Shown one piece after another: positions 27,953 to 37,548 of a DNA stretch of 64,000 nucleotides. Under the pieces are notes generated by a model that had not been told where the DNA came from, made no database searches, and saw nothing but the letters and a program-made list of their open reading frames with translations. The translations under genes were made by a program, and so were the position numbers. Source of the stretch: a virus; the IMG/VR virus record IMGVR_UViG_3300027749_000051, positions 61,155-125,154 of that record; one strand, written 5' to 3'. The stretch's first letter is position 1. The number at the start of each line of letters is the position of its first letter.

Positions 27953-28114
27953 ATGAAGCATAGTTTTTGGAGGATATGGGCAAAATCATTAGGGGAGAAA
28001 ACAGGAGAGACCGATGAGGAAGCAGATAGAGTTGCGATGGTTAGAACAATAATCTTAATGGTATACATTATAACCAATTTAGTTATAATCGCAGGAATAA
28101 TTAGACACTGGTAA
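27953..28114 (+). CDS. 53-aa membrane protein of a myophage-type family
   Basis: Manual: MKHSFWRIWAKSLGEKTGETDEEADRVAMVRTIILMVYIITNLVIIAGIIRHW. Confidence 0.7.
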   Translation: MKHSFWRIWAKSLGEKTGETDEEADRVAMVRTIILMVYIITNLVIIAGIIRHW

Positions 28115-28143
28115 TTAACCCTCACCCAAAAGGTGGGGGTTAA

Positions 28144-28407
28144 TTATGAGATAACTTTAACTGGCAACTTATATCCTTTTTTGAACCAAGCGGATATAAC
28201 AATAAGGATTACATTATCAATGTAACCTTTTCCAAACTTCTTATTCAACTCGGACCTAACTATATCACTACAATACATTGTTGAGGTCTTAATATCAAAT
28301 AAGAAATACTCGTTATGCCAGGTCTGCTCAACCTTATCATAGTAAAGGTATGGGAACCCAAATTTATCATCTATGAATTTAACTATGTGTTTTTCTATTG
28401 TTGTCAT
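28144..28407 (-). CDS. Hypothetical protein
   Basis: 87-aa ORF ending at hairpin 28118-28140. Confidence 0.6.
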   Translation of the reverse strand: MTTIEKHIVKFIDDKFGFPYLYYDKVEQTWHNEYFLFDIKTSTMYCSDIVRSELNKKFGKGYIDNVILIVISAWFKKGYKLPVKVIS

Positions 28408-28434
28408 ATATACAAATATAATATATTTATTAAT

Positions 28435-28956
28435 ATGAACTTACAAGAAAACATACACAGGATTAAGGAAATGATGGGGATTAATGAAAAGCATGATCTC
28501 CTGAATAAACCTATCAAAGATATTATAGACCAAGTGGGAGGATATGGAACAGGATTCAACACCGATGAAGACGCCATAGAAGAAATAGAATATGTGGTAT
28601 CAAGTGATTTTCCTGAAGGTCTGAATAACATTCCAACTAAAGTAATCTTATATAGAGTTATATTATTGGAAGATGGTAAATCCATTAACGAGGATCAGGT
28701 TGGGGAACATTTCATTTCGGATACAAGACATATAGATAGATCGTTCTTGGAAAAGATAGATATATGGGACAATTGGGATGCGGACAATTCCAAGTTATGG
28801 TTACTACAATGTGAAACGGATGGGGATAATATAGATATAGAAAGAACATTAGGTAATAGAGTTCAATATCCTCGTGAGAATGAATTCACCCTGAAGAACG
28901 ATAAAAAGATTAGGTTGATAAAGAAAAAGATACTTAATAAAGAACAGCTTAGATGA
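28435..28956 (+). CDS. Putative ADP-ribosyltransferase-fold protein with MxLQENIxRIK leader
   Basis: LYRV...HFISD...RENEF resembles the R-S-E triad; start moved to ATG 28435 after TATTTAT. Confidence 0.45.
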   Translation: MNLQENIHRIKEMMGINEKHDLLNKPIKDIIDQVGGYGTGFNTDEDAIEEIEYVVSSDFPEGLNNIPTKVILYRVILLEDGKSINEDQVGEHFISDTRHIDRSFLEKIDIWDNWDADNSKLWLLQCETDGDNIDIERTLGNRVQYPRENEFTLKNDKKIRLIKKKILNKEQLR

Positions 28957-29483
28957 AATACATAATTACTGAGAGACAATATAGAGTGATATCCGAAGAA
29001 GTTAATCCTCGCATCAAAGAAATTATCTTCAATAAGTTATTGAATGATATGAAGGGTGTTGAGATTATTGAAGATAATGGTAGCATATGGGCAATAGATC
29101 CTGATGAGAAATACTGGTACTTTGAGTTGCAAGAAAACGGAACTTTATGGTGGAGATGGGGATTTTTCAATAATTTTTTCAAGTTATTTTCAATAGAAAG
29201 AAATGAGTTTGAACCACTTATGCGTGAACTGGTGGAAGACATCTTGAATCGCAAGGTAGTCACATCACTTCTAGTGCAATTCCTTGGTGACCTAATGGTG
29301 GAAGACATCTTGAATCGCAAGGTAGTCACATCCCACAGCGGACAGATTCACGTCCAAAGCCAGGTGGAAGACATCTTGAATCGCAAGGTAGTCACATCTA
29401 GTGGGCATGACCAAAGATTAACAATGTCAATAAAAGACATATTAAATCGTAGGAATAAGATAACCAAAGATGAGAACTTTTAA
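28953..29483 (+). CDS. Array-fused family protein, copy D (MKYIITE leader)
   Basis: Leader + W/F-rich domain + VEDILNRKVVTS x3. Confidence 0.9.
   Translation: MKYIITERQYRVISEEVNPRIKEIIFNKLLNDMKGVEIIEDNGSIWAIDPDEKYWYFELQENGTLWWRWGFFNNFFKLFSIERNEFEPLMRELVEDILNRKVVTSLLVQFLGDLMVEDILNRKVVTSHSGQIHVQSQVEDILNRKVVTSSGHDQRLTMSIKDILNRRNKITKDENF
29231..29464 (+). CRISPR. CRISPR-like mini-array D inside CDS (3 identical 36-nt repeats + degenerate terminal repeat, 3 spacers of 30 nt)
   Basis: GGTGGAAGACATCTTGAATCGCAAGGTAGTCACATC at 29231, 29297, 29363; degenerate copy at 29429. Confidence 0.8.
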
Positions 29484-29486
29484 GAT

Positions 29487-29804
29487 ATGAAACTACAAGA
29501 GAACATAGACAGAATTAAACAAGTGATGGGAGTTATCAATGAAGATAAACCATCAATCCATATTTTACGGAGATTACCTCAAATAGAGAGGGCATTAAAT
29601 CAGACATTATATTATTTATCTCCTTGTGAATATGATGATGTGGAATATTATACTGAACATGTATTACACCAACTTAGGGAATATTTTGAAGATTATGAAG
29701 AAGAAGAAGAGGTTGAACCTTTTGCGGCAACAAATTATGTTGCAGAATATTTATCATCTGAAATAGAAGAATATTACGATGACCGTAAAACAGAATGTGA
29801 ATAA
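29487..29804 (+). CDS. Acidic hypothetical protein with MKLQENIDRIKQVMG leader
   Basis: Leader identical to 29869 and 30581. Confidence 0.75.
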   Translation: MKLQENIDRIKQVMGVINEDKPSIHILRRLPQIERALNQTLYYLSPCEYDDVEYYTEHVLHQLREYFEDYEEEEEVEPFAATNYVAEYLSSEIEEYYDDRKTECE

Positions 29805-29868
29805 TAAAGAATATTCACTTAGACATAAACTATACAATATCAAATAAATCTATACAATATTTTTTATA

Positions 29869-30558
29869 ATGAAACTACAAGAGAATATAGATAGGATAAA
29901 ACAAGTGATGGGGATTATTACAGAATCACGACCAGGATTTTGTTTACCGAAAGATTATACTCCAGGAACAAAATATGGAAGGGATGAGTTAGCTAAGATG
30001 TTTGTATGTTTTACAAAAGATCCGAAGAAGTTTCCATTATTGGCGGTTAAGGAATGGTTATTTCCACAATTACCTGGTGGAGGATTTACGCCCCAAGATC
30101 CAATGAGTATGAGTTATGGTCAACCATATACTTTTACTATGGAAAGAATGGCAAAAGTAGAAGATAAAAATACAAGAAATATCACAGTCGGAATAAAAAC
30201 CATTGACCCAACTCAATTACCTGATGAAACAAAAAGATGGTTTAGTATAAAACAAAAATCTCCAGGATTTCAAGATAGATTTGACTATCAGATAAATAAG
30301 ATAAGGGAGAATGACTATGATACTACAGTTATAACACCTCAAGATGAGCCTATGGTTTTTGAGGTTATAAATAGAAAGTTATATATTCAAGAAGGGTGGC
30401 ATAGGTTAATGGCGATCTTAATGTTATTGGAGAAGGGGGAAATAATTCCTGATCAGGCTAAAGTATATGCTGTAACTGTATTTAGATCTCCCGATTTTAA
30501 GTTAAAAATAGTGGATAAACCAGAAGGCCTTTTTGAAAACATAAGAAATTACCAATAA
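29869..30558 (+). CDS. ParB/sulfiredoxin-like domain protein with leader
   Basis: EPMVFEV...LYIQEGWHRLMA resembles the ParB-N DGHHR motif. Confidence 0.55.
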   Translation: MKLQENIDRIKQVMGIITESRPGFCLPKDYTPGTKYGRDELAKMFVCFTKDPKKFPLLAVKEWLFPQLPGGGFTPQDPMSMSYGQPYTFTMERMAKVEDKNTRNITVGIKTIDPTQLPDETKRWFSIKQKSPGFQDRFDYQINKIRENDYDTTVITPQDEPMVFEVINRKLYIQEGWHRLMAILMLLEKGEIIPDQAKVYAVTVFRSPDFKLKIVDKPEGLFENIRNYQ

Positions 30559-30580
30559 TAACCAAGATAGATTTATAACA

Positions 30581-31060
30581 ATGAAACTACAAGAGAATAT
30601 AGATAGGATAAAACAAGTGATGGGGATTAATGAAACCTTTGACGCAGGGGTGGAACCAACTCTTAGAGACACCTATAACGAAGATGGGGCAAAAGTATAT
30701 TCATACATCCTTCCGTCAAAGAAAGATGAAAAAGATTACATCATCAACTTAAAGTTCTATAAGGAGTTTAAGGACCCGAAAATCAAAGATACATATAAAG
30801 ATGTTATGGTAATAGATTTTAATCTTGGGGCAGGGACTTATTACAATACCAACCTTAATGAAGTATTTTATATCTTTGCTTCAATCAATAAACTTATAGA
30901 GAAGTATAAGAAGAAGTTCCAATATCTTATGGGTTATTCAAACAAAGATAGATTGTCCTTATATAAGAAAGCATTGTCAAGAGCAAATTATTTGGAACTG
31001 GTAGATGAGGGATCACATCATATCATATATAAGAACAAAGATTATTCACGATGGTTCTAA
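30581..31060 (+). CDS. Hypothetical protein with leader
   Basis: MKLQENIDRIKQVMGINE leader. Confidence 0.75.
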   Translation: MKLQENIDRIKQVMGINETFDAGVEPTLRDTYNEDGAKVYSYILPSKKDEKDYIINLKFYKEFKDPKIKDTYKDVMVIDFNLGAGTYYNTNLNEVFYIFASINKLIEKYKKKFQYLMGYSNKDRLSLYKKALSRANYLELVDEGSHHIIYKNKDYSRWF

Positions 31061-31070
31061 ACCATACAAG

Positions 31071-31097
31071 ACCTCACCTAATAAGTGGGGTTTTTTT
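31071..31097 (+). terminator. Intrinsic terminator of the repeated ACCYCA...GTGGGGTTTT family
   Basis: AAGACCTCACCTAATAAGTGGGG (23 nt) is identical at 31068 and 34612. Confidence 0.85.
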
Positions 31098-31196
31098 ATT
31101 AAAAATAATTACGCAATTTTCCTAGCTAGGAGTTGACTGGTAAAAAATAATTTCATATCATTGTAATATAATTAAACATTAAAAATATTAGAAGAT

Positions 31197-31604
31197 ATGA
31201 ATGAAATAGAAAAAATTATTAGAAAACATCAGGATGAGTTTAACGCAATGGTAATGAGTTTTGTTATGGGGAAAAAAAATAAACAAAATAAGTCCCCGAA
31301 GACTATGTATGAGTTATGTGTGATGGGTAAGGTCTATAGGAACGAGAAGTTTGTGGATACCTATAAAGAGTTTTTAAGAAACATTTTAGCCGTTCACTCA
31401 TATGATACCATTTCTGATGCATTAAATGGATTTGTTAAAAGAGATCCACAAGAATTAGCTCCGTGTAGTCGTGACAAGGGTTGTGTTGTTATGTTAAAGG
31501 AAGATATATTCTTATCCACATACAGCTCCACAGAAATGAAGAAAAATCATATTAAGAAAATATGTGATAGTCTTAACCTTCCTTATAGTTTCAGTAAAAT
31601 GTAA
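31197..31604 (+). CDS. Hypothetical protein
   Basis: 135-aa ORF followed by terminator. Confidence 0.7.
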   Translation: MNEIEKIIRKHQDEFNAMVMSFVMGKKNKQNKSPKTMYELCVMGKVYRNEKFVDTYKEFLRNILAVHSYDTISDALNGFVKRDPQELAPCSRDKGCVVMLKEDIFLSTYSSTEMKKNHIKKICDSLNLPYSFSKM

Positions 31605-31676
31605 TAGTTCTTTACCTCACCATAACGGTGGGGTTTTTTTATTGATTAAAATTGATTAATTTTTATATTATGAAAT

Positions 31677-32627
31677 ATGAAAGATTTAATTTTTATCAGT
31701 GCTTATTGTCCAACCGAGGAACAAGAAAGGGCTCTTGAAAGGTGTGTTAATCATGTATTAGAATGTGGGAAACACATTGTCTTAGTTTCTCACACACATG
31801 TGCCAATCCATATTCAAAAAAAATGCCAATACTACGTTTATGATTATAACAATGAAATTTCAGACGATTATAATTTGTTAGGACATCATCATTTTAAGTT
31901 TGGAAATAACAGAATACAATCAAGATTCTTCAACAAATATTTTTATGGTTTCGCCATATATAGAATGTTCGCAATAGCATGTCAAATTGCGATAAATTTT
32001 GGATATCAAAATATTCATCACATTGAATATGATGGTCAGTTGTTAGATAAAAATTTAATTGATGAAAATAGTAAACACCTTGAAGAATATGATTCTGTAA
32101 TATACACAGATAACGGTAAAGAAGATGGGTTTCTTTTTGGTTCTTTCAAATCTTTGAAAGTAAGTTCATTACCTGAGAATTTGAAAAACTATAACAAAGA
32201 GTTTATTGATACTGAAATGAGAATAATTGAGCCAAAACAATTAGAGGTTTTTACAAAAAATCTATTCCTAAATTCAGGAAAAGTATTGTTTAAGAATGAA
32301 CTAACGGATGATAGATTTAAAAGGGGAGATAGAGTTTTTCATCGGAACTTACACTTTACTCTGTATTACAATGCATCAGATAGAACCTTAAACATTTTTT
32401 ATAACTCTGTTAAAGACTCATCGGAAAAAATTATTGTTATAGTCAATAAAACAACAATGGTTAATATACAAACCAAACCTTATCATTGGCATACAAAACC
32501 GTTGGGTATTTTTGACGAGATTAATCATGTAAGAGTGGACAATTCAGAAAAAATTATTTATGATAAAACCTTTGATAGCCAATTTAGAGAGGTATTCAAA
32601 ATAAAGTCATACATCGTTAGTGAATAA
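31677..32627 (+). CDS. Hypothetical protein, possibly glycosyltransferase-like
   Basis: First gene of a three-gene overlapping operon; HHIEYD DxD-like motif. Confidence 0.6.
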   Translation: MKDLIFISAYCPTEEQERALERCVNHVLECGKHIVLVSHTHVPIHIQKKCQYYVYDYNNEISDDYNLLGHHHFKFGNNRIQSRFFNKYFYGFAIYRMFAIACQIAINFGYQNIHHIEYDGQLLDKNLIDENSKHLEEYDSVIYTDNGKEDGFLFGSFKSLKVSSLPENLKNYNKEFIDTEMRIIEPKQLEVFTKNLFLNSGKVLFKNELTDDRFKRGDRVFHRNLHFTLYYNASDRTLNIFYNSVKDSSEKIIVIVNKTTMVNIQTKPYHWHTKPLGIFDEINHVRVDNSEKIIYDKTFDSQFREVFKIKSYIVSE

Positions 32628-33444
32628 GATAATCAATTTTACTCCAACAGGAACACAAACCACAAGGGACAATTCCTTAGCTCCATTATTACCGAATGAA
32701 ATAATAGAGGAAGTTCATAGCGCGAATGAGGTGGGGATTTCAATTGTACATCTACATGCAAGAGATGAAGAGACAAATAACACTTACAAGAAAGAAGTGT
32801 ATCAAAAGATTATAGAAGGGATAAAAAAACATTGTCCTGACTTGTTGATTTGTGTTTCATTAACGGGAAGAAACTTCCCTGAGTTAGAGAAAAGAGCCGA
32901 GGTATTACAATTAAAACCTGATATGGGCTCGCTAACCATGTCATCATTAAACTTTCCATCAGGGGCATCAATTAATCAACCTGAGACCATCTTATCTTTA
33001 ATAAACGAGATGGACAAATATGGTGTACAACCTGAGATAGAATGTTTTGACGCAGGAATGTTAAACTATACAAATTACATTATTTCAAAGAACATATTAA
33101 AGCCACCATATCACATCAATGTTATATTAGGAAACATATACAATGGGCAATGTGATTTTGGGACCTTATCATCAATTAAATCTAATCTACCAGCAAATTC
33201 ATATACTTGTTTGGGTGGTATAGGCTCTCAACAACTAAAGAGTACCACATATGGATTATTAGATTTCGATGGTATTAGAATCGGGATAGAGGATAATCTA
33301 TATTACAAAGATAAGGAAAAAACAACAAACATAGATCTATTAAAAAGGGCACATAGGATAATGAATGAATTAGATATGACACATTATACATCAAACGAAT
33401 TGAGACAAAAAGGATATGGAAACAAACTTATTAATATTAGGTAA
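32620..33444 (+). CDS. kce: 3-keto-5-aminohexanoate cleavage enzyme family (BKACE/DUF849)
   Basis: PTG...PLLPNEIIEE, IVHLHARD, PDMGSLTMSSLNF, PEIECFD, RIGIEDN. Confidence 0.88.
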   Translation: MNKIINFTPTGTQTTRDNSLAPLLPNEIIEEVHSANEVGISIVHLHARDEETNNTYKKEVYQKIIEGIKKHCPDLLICVSLTGRNFPELEKRAEVLQLKPDMGSLTMSSLNFPSGASINQPETILSLINEMDKYGVQPEIECFDAGMLNYTNYIISKNILKPPYHINVILGNIYNGQCDFGTLSSIKSNLPANSYTCLGGIGSQQLKSTTYGLLDFDGIRIGIEDNLYYKDKEKTTNIDLLKRAHRIMNELDMTHYTSNELRQKGYGNKLINIR

Positions 33445-34060
33445 GGGGGATAATATCATTACAATGGTATTGGATAATTTATATTCAAATGACTTCACGC
33501 CCAATATTACAATATACAACAATTTGGATTTACCAATACTAAGTCCATTTGACCATTATGATTTTAATGTGGAAGTTTTGAATGATGTTGAGGTTAACAA
33601 ATACGATTCGCTTGTTCTCGGAGTATATCAACCTCAATACAAGATAAAGATAATACAAACATTAAATCCTGACATTAACAAGTTTATCAATATTATTCAT
33701 AGTGGATTAGATATGTCCAAGATGAGTAAATTAGGTTATGGGGTATTAATTAATTCCAAAGTATCGATCGCAGCACATACAACCATAGGTAATTTTGTCT
33801 CCATCAATAGACATGTCTCCATAGGTCATCATACAAATATAGGTGACTATTGTTCAATCAACCCTGGTACCAACATTGGGGGAAATGTAACCATAGGTGA
33901 AGGTACAACAATAGGGATGGGGGCTAATGTATTACATCATGTAAAGATAGGAAAGAATACCATCATAGGCGCGGGATCAGTTGTAACAAAAGATATTCCC
34001 GATAATGTGGTTGCATATGGATCACCTTGTAAAATCGTAAGAGATAACCTCACCAAATAA
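33416..34060 (+). CDS. NeuD/PglD-like sugar O-acetyltransferase
   Basis: Hexapeptide repeats, IGHHT, IGAGSVVTKDIPDNVVAYGSPCK. Confidence 0.9.
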   Translation: METNLLILGKGDNIITMVLDNLYSNDFTPNITIYNNLDLPILSPFDHYDFNVEVLNDVEVNKYDSLVLGVYQPQYKIKIIQTLNPDINKFINIIHSGLDMSKMSKLGYGVLINSKVSIAAHTTIGNFVSINRHVSIGHHTNIGDYCSINPGTNIGGNVTIGEGTTIGMGANVLHHVKIGKNTIIGAGSVVTKDIPDNVVAYGSPCKIVRDNLTK

Positions 34061-34155
34061 TCGGTGGGGTTTTTTATTTATAAAACATTTGGATAAGTGG
34101 AATATATTATATAGATTTGTGGGATATTATTAACAATTTAAAAAAACAGATTATT

Positions 34156-34581
34156 ATGATTCACGAAAGAATTATTTTTAAGGGAAATCCCTCTCAAATA
34201 CCAAACATTGGTTACTACCTTCTATGTATAATTTTGGCTCCATTATTGGGGTTGGGTGTAATAATGTTTCTTGTTAGATATTTGGAAACAAGATTCACTA
34301 AATTTGAAATTACGAATGAACGAGTTATTCAACAAAATGGTGTCCTTTCAAGAAGAACAAATGAAACTGAATTGTATAGAGTTAAAGATATCATATTAGA
34401 TGAACCATTCTTTTTAAGGATTTTTGGTCTATCTAATATTTTAATAGTTACATCGGATAGAACTTCTCCACTTATCTTAGTAAACGCTATCGAAAATGGT
34501 GGTATAATAAGACGAGAATTGCGTGAGGCGGTAGAATTAAGAAGAGATAAGAAAGGTGTAAGAGAAATGGATTTCAGATAA
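34156..34581 (+). CDS. PH-domain (bPH_2/DUF304) membrane protein
   Basis: TM segment then FEITNERVIQQNGVLSRRTNETELYRVKDI...RIFGLSNI. Confidence 0.85.
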   Translation: MIHERIIFKGNPSQIPNIGYYLLCIILAPLLGLGVIMFLVRYLETRFTKFEITNERVIQQNGVLSRRTNETELYRVKDIILDEPFFLRIFGLSNILIVTSDRTSPLILVNAIENGGIIRRELREAVELRRDKKGVREMDFR

Positions 34582-34662
34582 AATCTGTATATAGCTCTGA
34601 ATGTTTTATATAAGACCTCACCTAATAAGTGGGGGTTTTTATTGTATATTAAATAATTTAGT

Positions 34663-34670
34663 TATCTTTG
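34663..34670 (+). promoter_or_regulatory. TAnnTTTG -7 element
   Basis: TATCTTTG 4 nt before the next ATG. Confidence 0.55.
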
Positions 34671-34674
34671 TGTC

Positions 34675-35151
34675 ATGCAAACATTCTTACCATATTCAGA
34701 TATTAGGAAGTCACTAAAGGTTCTTGACAATAAGCGGCTTGGGAAGCAGCGGGTTGAGGCATTTCAGATTATTAACGCCATACTTGGAAGACCCAAGTTG
34801 GACGGAACACCATATAAAGGTTGGTTAAACCATCCGTGTTCTGTTATGTGGAAAAATCATACCCCATTACTCAAAGTATATCTGAACGCCTGTATTGATG
34901 AATGGATTGATCGGGGGTTTCATAATACAATGTCAAAGGAAATTATTGATGAATCTATTACTTATCCTGAATGGTTCGGAAATGAGAAGTTCCACAATTC
35001 ACATAAGTCCAATCTATTAAAGAAGGAACCTGATTTTTATTCCAAGTATGATTGGCAGGTGGATCCAAGTAATCCATATGTATGGGAGGATAAGAATGGT
35101 AAGTGGTATGAGCAACACTCAGGACAGAAGGGTAAAGTATATTATGAATAA
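34675..35151 (+). CDS. Pyrimidine-dimer DNA glycosylase / MSMEG_6728 family (DenV-like)
   Basis: MQTFLPY...LDNKRLGKQRVEAFQI...HPCSVMW...HKSNLLKK. Confidence 0.88.
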   Translation: MQTFLPYSDIRKSLKVLDNKRLGKQRVEAFQIINAILGRPKLDGTPYKGWLNHPCSVMWKNHTPLLKVYLNACIDEWIDRGFHNTMSKEIIDESITYPEWFGNEKFHNSHKSNLLKKEPDFYSKYDWQVDPSNPYVWEDKNGKWYEQHSGQKGKVYYE

Positions 35152-36022
35152 AAGGGGTCGGGGATTAACGACAGCCACATAATGATAGAAGACCTCACTA
35201 TAATAATGGTGGGGTTTTTATTTATCTATAATGTGTCTCTAATCTCCTCACTCTCGGGACAACACCAATTCACTACACTATCGTTCCGTGAATGTCCCTT
35301 CATTCGTCGTTTAAATCCACATTATTTATTGTAATACCCATTACTGTAATCTACATTACATTATATTTCCCCCGCCAAATATCATCCCCCTTCTAACGAG
35401 AAGACCTGTGAGGTGGTGTGTTATGGGTGGGTGAGATGATATATAAACAATATCCTAAAGGATAAATAATAACATATCATAGTTATCACCCATTACATTC
35501 CCTTATGTTTTATATCACTCTAGTCAGGATAAACCTGACAATAACGATATGATTAATATTCCCTTTTAGGTGTCACCATATGAGGGGTCTTCGTTATTGG
35601 GGGTGTATTATAACCCACTCGTTGAAGTCGTCTAAAATGGTCTATATCTCTCGTTGAAGGATATTATAGGTTCGTTACACTCACTCCCCCCACACCTAAC
35701 TTAATCATACTTTTTTCGCTAGGTTTTCTATATAGTGAATAATATACCCCTCACACTATCGTCAGGGGGAATAAATCCATCTCACATATATGTAGGACAC
35801 AATTATGTCATAATATGTCACAGAATGTCAGGAACTAAAGTAGGGGAAAAAGTATGTAGGGGATTATCCCCATGCGAACGCGTCCCCTGACATTCTGTCA
35901 ATTCCAAATAATTCCCCCTAAAGTTATTAACAATCCCACATTTTTTTATGAACTGACATAGTGTCACGACCATATCCCCAACTATAATGACTTGATTTTA
36001 TTGTGTTCCAATACTACTATTT
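35152..36022. other. ~870-bp non-coding region with TGACA/TGTCA motifs; candidate origin, packaging or regulatory region
   Basis: No ORF of 60 aa or more; TGTCA at 35806, 35816, 35826; TGACA-N3-TGTCA at 35888 and 35954. Confidence 0.45.
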
Positions 36023-36289
36023 ATGGGTATGGAGAATATGAATTTCATTTTAACGATAATGGGGCCTTACAGGATAAGGGTTGTTATCCACGATATAGTA
36101 GATGGTGAAGAGTTGGGGTCATTATATTTTGAGAAGGCTAAGTTAAGTTTCCAACGAAAACCCATTACAATGGATGGTTGGGGATGTGTTGAGGCGAAGA
36201 TAGAGAAGTTATTCGACAAGTACACTAGCATAACCCCTAAAGATATAGTGGCACATTGTCAGGATAAGATTAAAAAGGCGGGGTTATAG
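36023..36289 (+). CDS. Hypothetical protein
   Basis: 88-aa ORF. Confidence 0.6.
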   Translation: MGMENMNFILTIMGPYRIRVVIHDIVDGEELGSLYFEKAKLSFQRKPITMDGWGCVEAKIEKLFDKYTSITPKDIVAHCQDKIKKAGL

Positions 36290-36517
36290 TTGTCAACTAA
36301 TGATAAATTAGCACAAACTACTCTAAATGAAAAAAAATCCTTAACGCTTTTTTTATTTCGTAGTTAATATTCTATTAGTTCCCCAACTATAAGTGCCGTG
36401 GAGTCTACCCTCTGCGACTGACAAGCCGAACCCCTCACCTAATTCTGTTGTGATGTAACAAAGGTACTGATTCCTTTTGACATTACCAAATTATAATGAC
36501 GATATATTTATATTATT

Positions 36518-36934
36518 ATGGCACATTTTAGAGAGTTAACCAAACAAGAGTTAGATAATAACTATGAGTATAAAGTAGTTAAGAAAGTATTGTTAAGAGA
36601 GTTCCCCTTCATTAAATCTATTGATGTGAATGAGGATAAGTTAAATGAGTATTCCATCATTTCTCTCGACCTAACTATCGATCCCCAAATGATAACAGAT
36701 GAATATGGTTGGGAGCTAACATCTTGGGCCAAAGCATCATTGGATAGAAATGAACCATATGAAGCATTGTTATTATCCATTATGTTTGATGCAACCAGAG
36801 AGATGGTTAAGAGATCAATCGAAACCCCAATGGAAAATATAATAAAACAAATTCATGAGACACCTGTCATACCCCAAGAACTTAAACTAAGGAATAGATC
36901 GTTTATGATTGGGGAGTATATTGCATTACCATAG
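36518..36934 (+). CDS. Hypothetical protein
   Basis: 138-aa ORF after TATTTAT. Confidence 0.7.
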   Translation: MAHFRELTKQELDNNYEYKVVKKVLLREFPFIKSIDVNEDKLNEYSIISLDLTIDPQMITDEYGWELTSWAKASLDRNEPYEALLLSIMFDATREMVKRSIETPMENIIKQIHETPVIPQELKLRNRSFMIGEYIALP

Positions 36935-36972
36935 TTGTATATTTATACATTCTAAATAACCCCCACGCATAA

Positions 36973-37521
36973 CTATTTCTTTTTTGGCCGATTAACCCTC
37001 GCATAACTTAACTTACTCCTCCACTCTTCACTAAAGGGGGATCTCTTCTTTCCTAACTTAGCCTGTCTCATTTTCTCCTTAGTCTCTTCTGTGATTGGGG
37101 GACAAGGTTTATTTTTTAAACCTTTCTCTTTCCTGTCTTTATGGGATTGTCTCATTTTTTCCTTGGTCTCCTCACTGTGTAAAACTCCCCTCCTTGATAT
37201 AGCATATGCAATACGAGCAGATTCTAACGCCCTTGAACTTGGTGACCACATCATACCACACTTTCTTGTCTTCCTAGCATTATACCCATACGCTAAGACA
37301 TGGAATGCAGCAGCTAATCCCCTATTCTCGGGGTGGTTTATATGTAATATACGATGACATATAAAGTGCTCTCTATATGTTAACTCTACCATATTCTCCT
37401 TCGTGTCTTCCCCTCCTAAACACTTGGGGGTGATGTGATGAACCTCTCGGTATATTCCTTTCTGTATAACTCTATCACGAGCCCTGTCTATAATCTGTTG
37501 ATAAATGGATTGCCAATTCAT
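36973..37521 (-). mobile_element. HNH homing endonuclease with NUMOD3-like repeats
   Basis: EVHHITPKCLGG...NMVELTYREHFICH; HSEETKEKMRQ and ITEETKEKMRQAKLG. Confidence 0.9.
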
Positions 37522-37548
37522 AGTAATATAATATATAATAAATATCAC

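Noticed and set aside
35806-35830. Pho box at the TGTCA triplet
   Set aside because: Spacing is 10 bp rather than 11 and no phosphate gene follows.
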